A DNA stretch of 64,000 nucleotides from an uncultured delta proteobacterium (lineage in GTDB: Bacteria > Desulfobacterota > Syntrophia > Syntrophales > Smithellaceae): contig CAVWEH010000002.1 of assembly GCA_963753975.1 (NCBI GenBank), forward strand, positions 128,001 to 192,000, written 5' to 3'. Position numbers and translations under genes: made by a program. Within the stretch, counting starts at the first letter, position 1. Each line of letters opens with the position of its first letter. The notes under the pieces are model-generated. The model saw only the letters and a program-made list of their open reading frames with translations. It searched no databases and was not told the DNA's origin. Below are positions 21,456 through 30,273 of the stretch, piece by piece.

Positions 21456-23810
21456 ATGAAGAAAAAAAATAAAAGATTACAACTGTGGTTTGTGTGGCCG
21501 GTTAGAATCGTTCTTTCCCTTATCGCTATCGGGATTTTGCTTTCCTCCCTTTACATCAATTCGGAGACGACGCAAAAAAAAATCGGTGCCATAATTGCAC
21601 GAGAGTTGGGTGATGTCGTTAAATTTGAGCGCGTCGGTCTTTCGACCTTTCCCAGTCCCGGTCTTGTTTTTCATCAGGTAAAAATAAATATTCCCGGGGG
21701 AACATCTGTCCGGGTGGAATCAACAAAAATTTACCCTCAAATATTACCGCTGTTAATGGGAAAAGTAAGAATTGCGAAAGTAAAGTTTGACGACCCTGAG
21801 ATTATCGTGGATATTTCGGAAAATTCCCAACAAACAGCGGCAAAAGATACGTATTCTCCTCCGGAGGGAGTTCTGGAAAACGTTACCTCGGTAATTTCAT
21901 CAATACAATCAGTTGAGCCCGGCCTGGTTGCAGTAATAAACGAGGGAAAATTGATTGTGCGGAAAAATAACAACGATGTCAGCGCGGTGCGCAAAATTTA
22001 TGCTCGAATTACTTTTGAGCCGAAGGAAGTGGAAGTTAAGGTGAAGGGCGATGTGGACAAATGGGGGGAATTTTCTGTCCGGGGGAATATGCACGCGGAA
22101 AAAAACGGTATATCGGTCGGCGATGGTCTGTCCACAAATTTGATAATGATAAAAAATATTCAGGCTTCCGCCTTGGATTCTTCGCTTGCTGCTTCTGTTG
22201 TAATCTCCCAAACCACACAAGCTATAAATTATACCGATATAGCTATGAGCGGCAAGATTGGCCCGGAAACGATCCGGTGGGTTTCCCAGGCGTTTAGTTT
22301 ACCGCCTGAGCAAATCTTACATGGTCCTGTATCTGTCGCTAATACCCGTATAGTATGGCAGGCTGGAGCAAAATTAGCTATTACTGCGGAAGCGGCTATT
22401 GAGGATGGCCCAATGATATCTGTAATCCTGAGCAAAAATGCCGCGGATCTAGCAATAAATGAGTTAAAAATTTATGATAAAGAGTCGCGGGCGGATATTG
22501 CATTTCAGTACACAAAGAATTTCATCGATGTTTCGTTTCAAGGAAGTTTGACGGAAAGAACCCTCAACAAAATATTCGAGCAAAATTCATTTCATCGCGG
22601 ATGGATAAAAGGGGACTTCCGTGCTCATGTGCAGTTGGATCAGTATGGGAAATCGACAGTGCAAGGACATCTGGAAGGCACCGATTTTATGATCCCTATG
22701 CCGATGAATGTGCCGTTAAAAGTTCGTCGCGTCAGTCTCAGCGGGAACAATAAGACTCTGAAAGTGGAATCCGCCGCTTTAAATTGGGGAGAAAACAATC
22801 TGGACCTGAAGGGTAGAGTAAACACCACCCAGGATGGATTCCGTCTGGATATGGATCTTTCTGCGGACGCGCTAAAAGTGGAAACCATAAAGAAAAATCT
22901 GGCAGGTCCGGAGAAACCGCAAGAAACGAAGCCCTCACGGAAACGTTCTAAAAAGCCGGCGCTCCGGGGGATTATCCGGCTCAGTGCACCATCAATAACC
23001 TGGGGGCGTTATACAGCAGGTCCTCTTCGTGCCAATATTCTACTGGATAATAAAGGTATCAATGCTGAGATTACAGAAGCCTTTCTCTGTGGGATTTCCA
23101 TTCCGGGGAATCTTGTCTTCGGCGGCAAGAGTGTCCAACTGGATTTTAAACCGGTTGCCGTGGGAAAACAGCTCGAACCTATGCTCGATTGTCTTTTTCA
23201 TGAAGACTCGCGCATCACCGGGATTTTAAATTTGAAAGCCGCGGTCAATTCTCGGGGGAAATCCGATACGCTCGTTTCCTCATTGAGGGGAAGGGTGGAA
23301 TTTTTATCGAAAGATGGAATCATTTACCGCTTTCCACTTCTGGCAAAAATTTTCTCATTCTTGAATGTTACGGAGCTTCTGCGGGGAAAACTTCCCGACT
23401 TCACGACAGAAGGATTTAAATATAATTCCATTATCGTTAAAGGCTATATTCGTAGGGGAATCTTTGTGCTTAAGGAGGCGGTCATTGATGGAACTACTAT
23501 GCAGCTTGCCGGGGAGGGCGAGATCAATTTTACCAACAATAAAATTGACGTCACTATTTTGGTAGCACCTTTCAAAACAGTAGATTTTCTTATTAACAAA
23601 ATCCCTTTGGTGGGATACATTCTTAAAGGGACGCTTATTTCCATACCTTTAAAAGTAACCGGCGATCTCGCGGAGCCCACCATAATAGTTCTTTCCCCTA
23701 CAGCAGTCGGAGAAGGAGTGCTGGGGATGATGAAAAGAACTTTGTCTCTGCCTGTAAAAATAATCGAGCCGGTCATTCCCCGCGCTAAAAAAAAGAGAAA
23801 TAACAGGTAA
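21456..23810 (+). CDS. AsmA-like (repeating beta-groove) envelope protein
   Basis: N-terminal TM anchor, long beta-rich body, C-terminal 'KIPLVGYIL...LKVTGDLAEP' typical of AsmA-like C-termini. Confidence 0.8.
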   Translation: MKKKNKRLQLWFVWPVRIVLSLIAIGILLSSLYINSETTQKKIGAIIARELGDVVKFERVGLSTFPSPGLVFHQVKINIPGGTSVRVESTKIYPQILPLLMGKVRIAKVKFDDPEIIVDISENSQQTAAKDTYSPPEGVLENVTSVISSIQSVEPGLVAVINEGKLIVRKNNNDVSAVRKIYARITFEPKEVEVKVKGDVDKWGEFSVRGNMHAEKNGISVGDGLSTNLIMIKNIQASALDSSLAASVVISQTTQAINYTDIAMSGKIGPETIRWVSQAFSLPPEQILHGPVSVANTRIVWQAGAKLAITAEAAIEDGPMISVILSKNAADLAINELKIYDKESRADIAFQYTKNFIDVSFQGSLTERTLNKIFEQNSFHRGWIKGDFRAHVQLDQYGKSTVQGHLEGTDFMIPMPMNVPLKVRRVSLSGNNKTLKVESAALNWGENNLDLKGRVNTTQDGFRLDMDLSADALKVETIKKNLAGPEKPQETKPSRKRSKKPALRGIIRLSAPSITWGRYTAGPLRANILLDNKGINAEITEAFLCGISIPGNLVFGGKSVQLDFKPVAVGKQLEPMLDCLFHEDSRITGILNLKAAVNSRGKSDTLVSSLRGRVEFLSKDGIIYRFPLLAKIFSFLNVTELLRGKLPDFTTEGFKYNSIIVKGYIRRGIFVLKEAVIDGTTMQLAGEGEINFTNNKIDVTILVAPFKTVDFLINKIPLVGYILKGTLISIPLKVTGDLAEPTIIVLSPTAVGEGVLGMMKRTLSLPVKIIEPVIPRAKKKRNNR

Positions 23811-23830
23811 ATTTCTTACCCCGAACACAG

Positions 23831-23868
23831 AAAAATTATTGACAAATAATGAGCAATTTAATTAGATA
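23831..23868 (+). promoter_or_regulatory. Putative sigma70 promoter, copy 2
   Basis: AAAAATTA-TTGACA-N18-TAGATA. Confidence 0.5.
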
Positions 23869-24068
23869 AAACCATTCCATTCTTTACAATGCTCTAAATA
23901 GCTTTACATAAAGCGTTCTTAAGTTTGTCTTGACCAGATTTACCAGCTTATTTTTATATATTAAGATCTTACAATTGTTTAATTTAAGGTTTTTCTAGGT
24001 GCCTTTATGGTGTAATTTTGCAGTATTTGAGGGTTTTTACAGAGCGATATAAGGATGTGAGGTGTTTT

Positions 24069-24632
24069 ATGGTTCGTCTGTTTTCATCATTCCTGTTTGG
24101 TATTCTATGCGTAATTCTTTGTTTAAATGCGCAAGCCCAGCAAAACGAGCAAGTACTTGCTGTATCCAGCTTCTATAAAACAATATTAAAATTTAAAGAC
24201 GGCGGTGTTCCTACTCGGAGAAACATCGACCGGCTTTCGCCGTTTATATCGGAATATTTTCGAAATAGTTTACTTCACGCTCGTGATGTTGAAGATAAAA
24301 ACATTAAAAGAACTAAAGGTTCTGAGCCGCCATTGGTCGAAGGCAGCTTGTTCTTTTCTCTCTTCGAAGGCGCAGACAAATACACTGCCATTAAAGCTGA
24401 ACCAGACAAAAACCCTGTCGCGTATTTAGTCAACCTGGAATATCGCGATCCTTATCGAAAACATGAGATAGTAAAATGGCAGGATAGAGCAATCTTGATT
24501 AAAGAAAATAATCAGTGGGTTGTGAATGATCTGGAACTGTTGGGTAAATGGCAATTTGGAGCCAAAGGAAAGTTATCGGAGATACTTCGACGAGTTATCA
24601 AAGAAGGAAAAGAGGCAAATACATTGAAATAG
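24069..24632 (+). CDS. Secreted hypothetical protein, YbjP/DUF3828-like
   Basis: Signal peptide ending AQA; 'PPLVEGSLFFSLFEGA' and 'WQDRAILIKENNQWVVND'. Confidence 0.55.
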   Translation: MVRLFSSFLFGILCVILCLNAQAQQNEQVLAVSSFYKTILKFKDGGVPTRRNIDRLSPFISEYFRNSLLHARDVEDKNIKRTKGSEPPLVEGSLFFSLFEGADKYTAIKAEPDKNPVAYLVNLEYRDPYRKHEIVKWQDRAILIKENNQWVVNDLELLGKWQFGAKGKLSEILRRVIKEGKEANTLK

Positions 24633-24659
24633 CAATTTTCGTTAATTAGCGAGGAAAAG

Positions 24660-25028
24660 ATGAAAATTAATAAAATTAACTTTGCCGAAAAACTCGCCAA
24701 ACTGCCGAGGGGAGATTACTCGGTGGGAATCATCGCGAAGATGAACAACTACGAATTCTAGGTGGTTAAATTTAAAGGTGACTTTATCTGGCACAAACAT
24801 GACGACACCGATGAGACTTTTATTGTCCTGGATGGCACACTGCTTATGAACTTCAAGGATCGAACTATAGAAATTAATAAGGGTGAAATGATAGTAATCC
24901 CGAAAGGTGTTGAGCATAAGCCTTCGTCAATTAAAGGGTATAAAGTTTTATTGATTGAACCGGCAGATACCCCCAATACCGGCAATGTGAAAAATGATCT
25001 GACCATAAAGAAAATTGAATGGGTTTGA
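24660..25028 (+). pseudogene. Cupin-domain protein with in-frame TAG at codon 34
   Basis: SD GAGG and ATG 24660: MKINKINFAEKL...MNNYEF*VVKFKGDFIWHKHDDTDETF...IPKGVEHKP; TAG at 24759-24761. Confidence 0.85.
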
Positions 25029-25126
25029 TTGGGGAATAGGGAGAATATGTGATCATTATTTCTCTTTGACATTGAAGAATTATTGCCTTAATATTCCTTC
25101 GCATTAAAAGATAGTTCTCGTCTCAA

Positions 25127-25238
25127 ATTTAACAAATCACGGGTATGAACTTCAAAGCAAGTTGCGGTGTATCATACCCTCCGCGTTGCGGGATGATTCG
25201 ACCTGCAAGCTCCAGCAGTAGTGACCTTTAGGTTATGC
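25127..25238. repeat. Imperfect palindrome resembling an integron attC site
   Basis: Starts ATTTAAC, ends GTTATGC; internal arms TTGCGGTGTATCATACCC / GGGATGATTCGACCTGCAA; CTTTAGGTTATG recurs at 25293-25304. Confidence 0.4.
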
Positions 25239-25355
25239 ACTCTGTTTCTGAAGCTTGGGTCTCATTACAACTTAGCAATTCCGACGTATGAGCTTTAGGT
25301 TATGTGTTTCACTTTTGAATTAGAGTTTCACAAATAATTATCGGGAGGTTTCCAA

Positions 25356-26288
25356 ATGAAAAAGTTTTCGACGAAAACAATTTTTTTGACGATTGCAGCC
25401 GTTGTAATAATTATTGCAGCGGTACTTTATTTTGCTGCCCCGGCATATTTATACAATAAAGCAATTAACGGATTCCGCAAAGACGCCGGGCTAACAATTA
25501 AATCGGTGAACATTCCTGATTTTAAAATTGTTTACGCGGAGGGCGGAACAGGCGACACAATAATTATGCTGCACGGCTTTGGCGGAAGCAAAGACAATTG
25601 GCTGAGGTTCGCTAAATACTTTACGCCCAATTATCGGGTAATAATTCCCGATCTCCCCGGTTTCGGGGAAAGCTCGAAACCGCAGGACGCGAAATATGAC
25701 ATCATGTCTCAGGTGGAAAGATTAAATCTATTTGTAAAAGAACTGAAACTGACAAAATTTAATATAGTCGGAAATTCAATGGGCGGCGAAATCGCCGGCA
25801 ATTATGCCGCGACTTACCCCGAAATGGTTAAAACTCTTGCTTTATTCGATTCTGCCGGTGTACATTCTCCAATAAAAAGCGAATTTGCTTCACTTTTGGG
25901 AAAGGGCGTTAATCCTCTTGTTGTTAAAGATGAAAAAGGCTATGAAGAATTGTTAGAATTCACTTCTGTGAAACCGCTTAAATTGCCTTCCGTAATAAAA
26001 AATTATTTAGCGAAACAGGCAATAAAAGCCGCGCCTCTTAACGAAAAAATATTTAATGAAATTGGGAAAACCGAGCTGCAAGGCAAATTAAATAAAATTA
26101 AAGCTCCCACACTGATCGTATGGGGAGATTCGGACAAGGTTATTAACGTATCCGCTGTTCAGATTTTTAAGAAAAATATAAAAGGTTCTGAATCAGTGAT
26201 AATAAAAGAATGCGGTCATCTTCCCATGCTGGAAAAACCGCAGGAAACGGCTTCGGCGTATAAGGATTTCTTGCAGGGAAAGAACTAG
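25356..26288 (+). CDS. Alpha/beta hydrolase (lipase/esterase) with N-terminal anchor
   Basis: 'LHGFGG', nucleophile 'GNSMGG', 'WGDSD', 'CGHLPMLE'. Confidence 0.92.
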   Translation: MKKFSTKTIFLTIAAVVIIIAAVLYFAAPAYLYNKAINGFRKDAGLTIKSVNIPDFKIVYAEGGTGDTIIMLHGFGGSKDNWLRFAKYFTPNYRVIIPDLPGFGESSKPQDAKYDIMSQVERLNLFVKELKLTKFNIVGNSMGGEIAGNYAATYPEMVKTLALFDSAGVHSPIKSEFASLLGKGVNPLVVKDEKGYEELLEFTSVKPLKLPSVIKNYLAKQAIKAAPLNEKIFNEIGKTELQGKLNKIKAPTLIVWGDSDKVINVSAVQIFKKNIKGSESVIIKECGHLPMLEKPQETASAYKDFLQGKN

Positions 26289-26333
26289 CGCAGTACCCCG
26301 CCCATCGGGTTGAGGTATCGTAGCAGATAAGAG

Positions 26334-26363
26334 AGGGGCGGAGTCTTCATTCCGCCCCTTTTT
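26334..26363 (+). terminator. Intrinsic terminator
   Basis: AGGGGCGGA-loop-TCCGCCCC-TTTTT. Confidence 0.85.
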
Positions 26364-26373
26364 GCATTTTAGC

Positions 26374-26421
26374 GGCAATGTAAAAAGTAATATGACCATA
26401 AAGAAAATTGGATGGGGTTAG
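26374..26421 (+). pseudogene. Degenerate copy of the last 48 bp of the cupin gene
   Basis: 40/48 identity to 24981-25028 (GNVKNDLTIKKIEWV* vs GNVKSNMTIKKIGWG*). Confidence 0.75.
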
Positions 26422-26467
26422 GTAGAAAATAAGGCGATGCGCCTATTTAGCGGAGGTTAATATAGCT

Positions 26468-26956
26468 ATGAAAAAACTTTGTATTAGCTTGGCCATGTTA
26501 ATTTTATTTATAGCGGGTTGCAGTGATAATAACGAAATGAGTCAATATCAAAGACAGATAAAGATTGAAAAGTCTAAAATTGCAGTAGAGGAATATACCG
26601 CGGCTGTGAAACAGGCTGAAAATAATGACCCTGCGGGATTCTTAAAACTTTATAAGATGGCAAAAGATGATGCAACTTACACGGTAGAATACAGCAAAGT
26701 TGCTGAAGATGAGCTGTTTTTATTATTATATTCTAAACCCGAATTATGGATCAAGACTTTTGCTCGAGTAGATTTGAGCGAATTTAAGAGCTTCGTTAAA
26801 GGCATTGAAGTTTCTCGATTTCCGGAAGGTGTTGAATCGAATGAGCAGTTTAGAGAGAAAATTTTTATAAGGCTGGAAAAAATCAAAGGTAACGCAAAAG
26901 AAATAGAATTGATTGACTATATTTTTGGGTTATACAATCAAAAAAGGCAGCAATGA
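26468..26956 (+). CDS. Hypothetical lipoprotein
   Basis: Lipobox 'IAG-C'; GGAGG SD. Confidence 0.75.
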   Translation: MKKLCISLAMLILFIAGCSDNNEMSQYQRQIKIEKSKIAVEEYTAAVKQAENNDPAGFLKLYKMAKDDATYTVEYSKVAEDELFLLLYSKPELWIKTFARVDLSEFKSFVKGIEVSRFPEGVESNEQFREKIFIRLEKIKGNAKEIELIDYIFGLYNQKRQQ

Positions 26957-27279
26957 GGGGACAAATCTTGGAAAATAATTTACACAACTGTTAATGCTCG
27001 CTAATTTGAGAGGCCTCTTGATCTTCCCTGTCAATCCCCAATTTTTCAATCCGTTCGATTTCGTTTAGCTTCATTGTAGAAATTAAGCAGTCCTGATAAT
27101 AAGCGAATAAACGCAAAATCATGATTTTTCGCGGAAGAATAAGAGCATTTACCTACTGAATACCGTTATATCTTCTACCATGTTAATTCCAAGAACATCG
27201 CACTATACTATTTCAAAATAACTTAACTGAAATATCGAAAATGAAGACATAACTTTTTGTGGAATGGAATGACAATGCG

Positions 27280-27975
27280 ATGAAAGACAACATCCATATT
27301 CTTATATTGGAAGATACGGCAAGCGATGCGGCTTTGATGGAAGATGAGCTGCAAAGCGCCGGTCTTAACTTTGCTGCTCAGATAGTTTCCAACAGGGAAG
27401 ATTACTTAATGGCTCTGGATAATTTTTCTCCGGACATTATTCTTTCCGACTATAATCTCCCCCAATATGACGGTGTGACGGCTTTGAACGACGCCAGATT
27501 AAGGCTTCCCGACATTCCCTTTATTCTCGTTACGGGAGCTATTGGAGAGGATCTGGCCATAGATATCTTTATTAACGGCGCGAATGACTATGTAATGAAA
27601 AATCGTCTGCAGCGGCTTGTCCCGGCTGTGCAAAGAGCTCTGGCAGAAGCGGAGGAAATCAATGCGCGAAAAGAGGCAGAGGCAGAACTGCGCAAGGCGC
27701 ATGATGAGCTGGAGATGCAGGTGAAAGAGAGAACCGCCGAATTACAAAGGGAAATTGAAGAGAGGAAAAGGACTGAAGAATCACTGCGTGAAGCAATGAC
27801 CAAAATAAAAACTCTGACCGGCCTTTTGCCGATTTGCGCTGCCTGTAAAAAGATACGCGATGACGACGGCAGCTGGGTGCGTATCGAAGCGTATATAAAA
27901 GATAATTCCTATGCGGATTTTACTCATGGCCTATGTCCTGAATGCTCGATCAAACTGTATCCTAAAAGATCTTAA
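27280..27975 (+). CDS. Response regulator (REC + coiled coil + Cys-rich C-terminal domain)
   Basis: 'ILILED', 'ILSD', 'DYVMK'; C-terminal 'LLPICAACKKIRDD...FTHGLCPEC'. Confidence 0.9.
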   Translation: MKDNIHILILEDTASDAALMEDELQSAGLNFAAQIVSNREDYLMALDNFSPDIILSDYNLPQYDGVTALNDARLRLPDIPFILVTGAIGEDLAIDIFINGANDYVMKNRLQRLVPAVQRALAEAEEINARKEAEAELRKAHDELEMQVKERTAELQREIEERKRTEESLREAMTKIKTLTGLLPICAACKKIRDDDGSWVRIEAYIKDNSYADFTHGLCPECSIKLYPKRS

Positions 27976-28011
27976 TAAACGGTAATAGAGAACAGCAATA
28001 AGGAGGGTTAT

Positions 28012-28746
28012 ATGGAAAAAAGTAAAATTGTTTTTTTAATTGCAGCAAGCGGGTTTTTAGTCGCTGTAATCTCTGTCCTAATTTCGGCTATCGCCGGGCT
28101 GGGCACAAGATTTCAGTGGTTTTACTTCCGAACAGGACTGGAAATAATGGGTATTGCGGTTATTGTCGGGCTCGTGGCGGGAGTAATATCCATCATCGGT
28201 TTAGTTGCCTATTTATTTACTCCGCTAAACAAGGGGATTTATCTATGTATTCTGGGTCTTATTATCTGCATACCTGTAGCGGTAATTCCTTTGTATATGC
28301 GCTATGAGATGAAGGTGCCCCCCATTCATGATATAACAACTGATATTACCAATCCACCGGCTTTTGTTTCCGTATTGCCTCTGAGGAAAGATGCCTATAA
28401 TAAACCGGAATACGGCGGCCCGGATGTAGCCGTGCAGCAGATAAAAGCATATCCGGACATTAAAACGCTGACTTTAAATATGCCTGTCGATAAGGCTTTT
28501 TCCAAAGCGCTGGCTATCGCCAAAACCATGAATTGGGAAATAGTGGCTGCCGAACCCAACGAAGGGCGAATCGAGGCTACGGCAACAACTTTCTGGATGG
28601 GATTTAAAGATGATATTGTTATCCGGATTAAGGCGCATGGTAAAATGAGCAACGTCGATATTCGTTCCGAATCCCGGGTCGGGAAGGGCGATTTCGGCGC
28701 CAATGCCAAAAGGATAATAATATTTTTGGGCGAAATGCAAAAATAG
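28012..28746 (+). CDS. DUF1499-domain membrane protein
   Basis: 3 TM helices, 'PPIHDITTD', 'GFKDDIVIRI', 'RSESRVGKGDFGANAKR'. Confidence 0.88.
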   Translation: MEKSKIVFLIAASGFLVAVISVLISAIAGLGTRFQWFYFRTGLEIMGIAVIVGLVAGVISIIGLVAYLFTPLNKGIYLCILGLIICIPVAVIPLYMRYEMKVPPIHDITTDITNPPAFVSVLPLRKDAYNKPEYGGPDVAVQQIKAYPDIKTLTLNMPVDKAFSKALAIAKTMNWEIVAAEPNEGRIEATATTFWMGFKDDIVIRIKAHGKMSNVDIRSESRVGKGDFGANAKRIIIFLGEMQK

Positions 28747-28958
28747 GCTTTTGAATAATATCTGATTCTCGCGGATTACTTCTTCGCTTTTGAAAACAGT
28801 GTCGTCTGATGCCTAATGCAGGTAGGATAGGTATGATTTACCTATTAGTATACCCTTTAAAAACTATCATTGCCTTTAATCAAATATATCCTTAACTTGT
28901 CATTAAGTAAGGTAAAAGAACCATTATTCTTAAAAACGAATAAATAAAGGAGGAAATT

Positions 28959-29300
28959 ATGATTTATTGGCCTGTCATTCTTTTTGCTATTGCAGCGGTC
29001 GGGGGTTTAACACTTGCCTACAGGAAATTTGTCGGTAAGGAATTGCCGATTTGGCTCGCAGCTTTTCACGGAATTTTTGCGGCAGCGGGTCTTATCATTC
29101 TGGCCGTTAATGTTTACAATGATTCATCCAATACATTAATGAATATCGCACTCGTGATGTTCATTATTTTTGCCTTGGGCGGTTTTGTTTTACTTTCCTA
29201 TCATGTGAGAAAGAAAGCTCATCCCATTGCGCTGATCGGAATACACGGTGCCGGCGCGGTTATTTCCTTTTTAATACTTTTGGCTGCCGTATTTGGCTGA
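28959..29300 (+). CDS. Small 4-TM membrane protein with repeated His-Gly motifs
   Basis: Two similar halves, 'AAFHG' and 'IGIHG'; AGGAGG SD. Confidence 0.8.
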   Translation: MIYWPVILFAIAAVGGLTLAYRKFVGKELPIWLAAFHGIFAAAGLIILAVNVYNDSSNTLMNIALVMFIIFALGGFVLLSYHVRKKAHPIALIGIHGAGAVISFLILLAAVFG

Positions 29301-29427
29301 AAGATGCAGAAAAAAGTACGCTGCCCGTAAATGAGTAGTGATAGGCAAAGTTGTTAGCAAACCAAACATGGCAATAAAACATTTTTTGCCGATGTACTGC
29401 TATAGAAACAATTGAAGGAGACATGAG

Positions 29428-29907
29428 ATGGATAGACGAACTTTTTTAAAAGGGGCCGCACTGAGTTCTGCTTCCATAGGTCTGGCGGGCCTTGTCAGCG
29501 CAGCAGATCTCTATTTTCCCGATAAGGTGGATATGGCCTTATTTGAGGGAATCAACAGAATTAAAGACCCGGCAAAGAAAACTCACCTGGAAAAAACCCA
29601 TGCGCCGTTTATCGTTGCGCCGCGCACGGTCAAAGCCGGTGAAGCATTCGCCGTTGAGGTGAGCGTAGGAGAAAATCTTCATGTTATGATGCCTGCCCAC
29701 TGGATAGAATATATTCAGTTGAGGATCGGCAATGAGCCGGCAGGCCGGATTACTTTCGAACCCCGAGGATATTTGCAGCCAAAGGCAAAATTTAATGTAA
29801 TTTTTACCAAGGACGTAGCGCCGGACGGCAAAGTCACGCTTATAGCCACTCAACATTGTAATCTTCACGGCACGTGGGAATCGACTTTTGATGTTAAGGT
29901 AACGTGA
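29428..29907 (+). CDS. Tat-exported superoxide reductase-like (class II SORL/neelaredoxin-type) protein
   Basis: Twin-arginine 'DRRTFLK'; Fe-site motifs 'EKTH', 'H-x5-H', 'CNLHG'. Confidence 0.85.
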   Translation: MDRRTFLKGAALSSASIGLAGLVSAADLYFPDKVDMALFEGINRIKDPAKKTHLEKTHAPFIVAPRTVKAGEAFAVEVSVGENLHVMMPAHWIEYIQLRIGNEPAGRITFEPRGYLQPKAKFNVIFTKDVAPDGKVTLIATQHCNLHGTWESTFDVKVT

Positions 29908-29951
29908 CCGGAAAAACGCAATAGAAATCTTTATAGAAATACAAATGCAAG

Positions 29952-29991
29952 TTGCGCACAGTGACTTGTTGAACAGTCATTGTGCGCAAAA
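29952..29991. terminator. Hairpin between convergent transcription units
   Basis: TTGCGCACAGTGACT...AGTCATTGTGCGCAA, 15-bp stem. Confidence 0.75.
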
Positions 29992-30010
29992 GGTTTCCTC
30001 GCTATCTCTA

Positions 30011-30265
30011 TCAATTCAGCAGAGGGGCATGTGTATCTTCTTTATCAATCCCCAATTTCTGAATTCTTTCAATTTCATTGAGTTTCATTTTGATAACCAC
30101 AATAAGTCCGATAATGGCGAGCCAGAAAATAGCCAGGCTCGCGTAGACTGTGTAAGCGTCAACCGGTGTAGTAGGAAATACGGGGATTTTATCTTCGGCC
30201 CGGGCCATGAAACTGAAAAAAAAGATAGTGAATGCAGAAAATAATATCTTAATAAAATATTTCAT
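30011..30265 (-). CDS. Small membrane protein (signal peptide + TM helix + charged tail, CcmD-like architecture)
   Basis: MKYFIKILF...ARA|EDK...VYASLAIFWLAIIGLIVVIKMKLNEIERIQKL; starts 8 bp after the cytochrome b stop. Confidence 0.65.
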   Translation of the reverse strand: MKYFIKILFSAFTIFFFSFMARAEDKIPVFPTTPVDAYTVYASLAIFWLAIIGLIVVIKMKLNEIERIQKLGIDKEDTHAPLLN

Positions 30266-30273
30266 AAGCGCAC

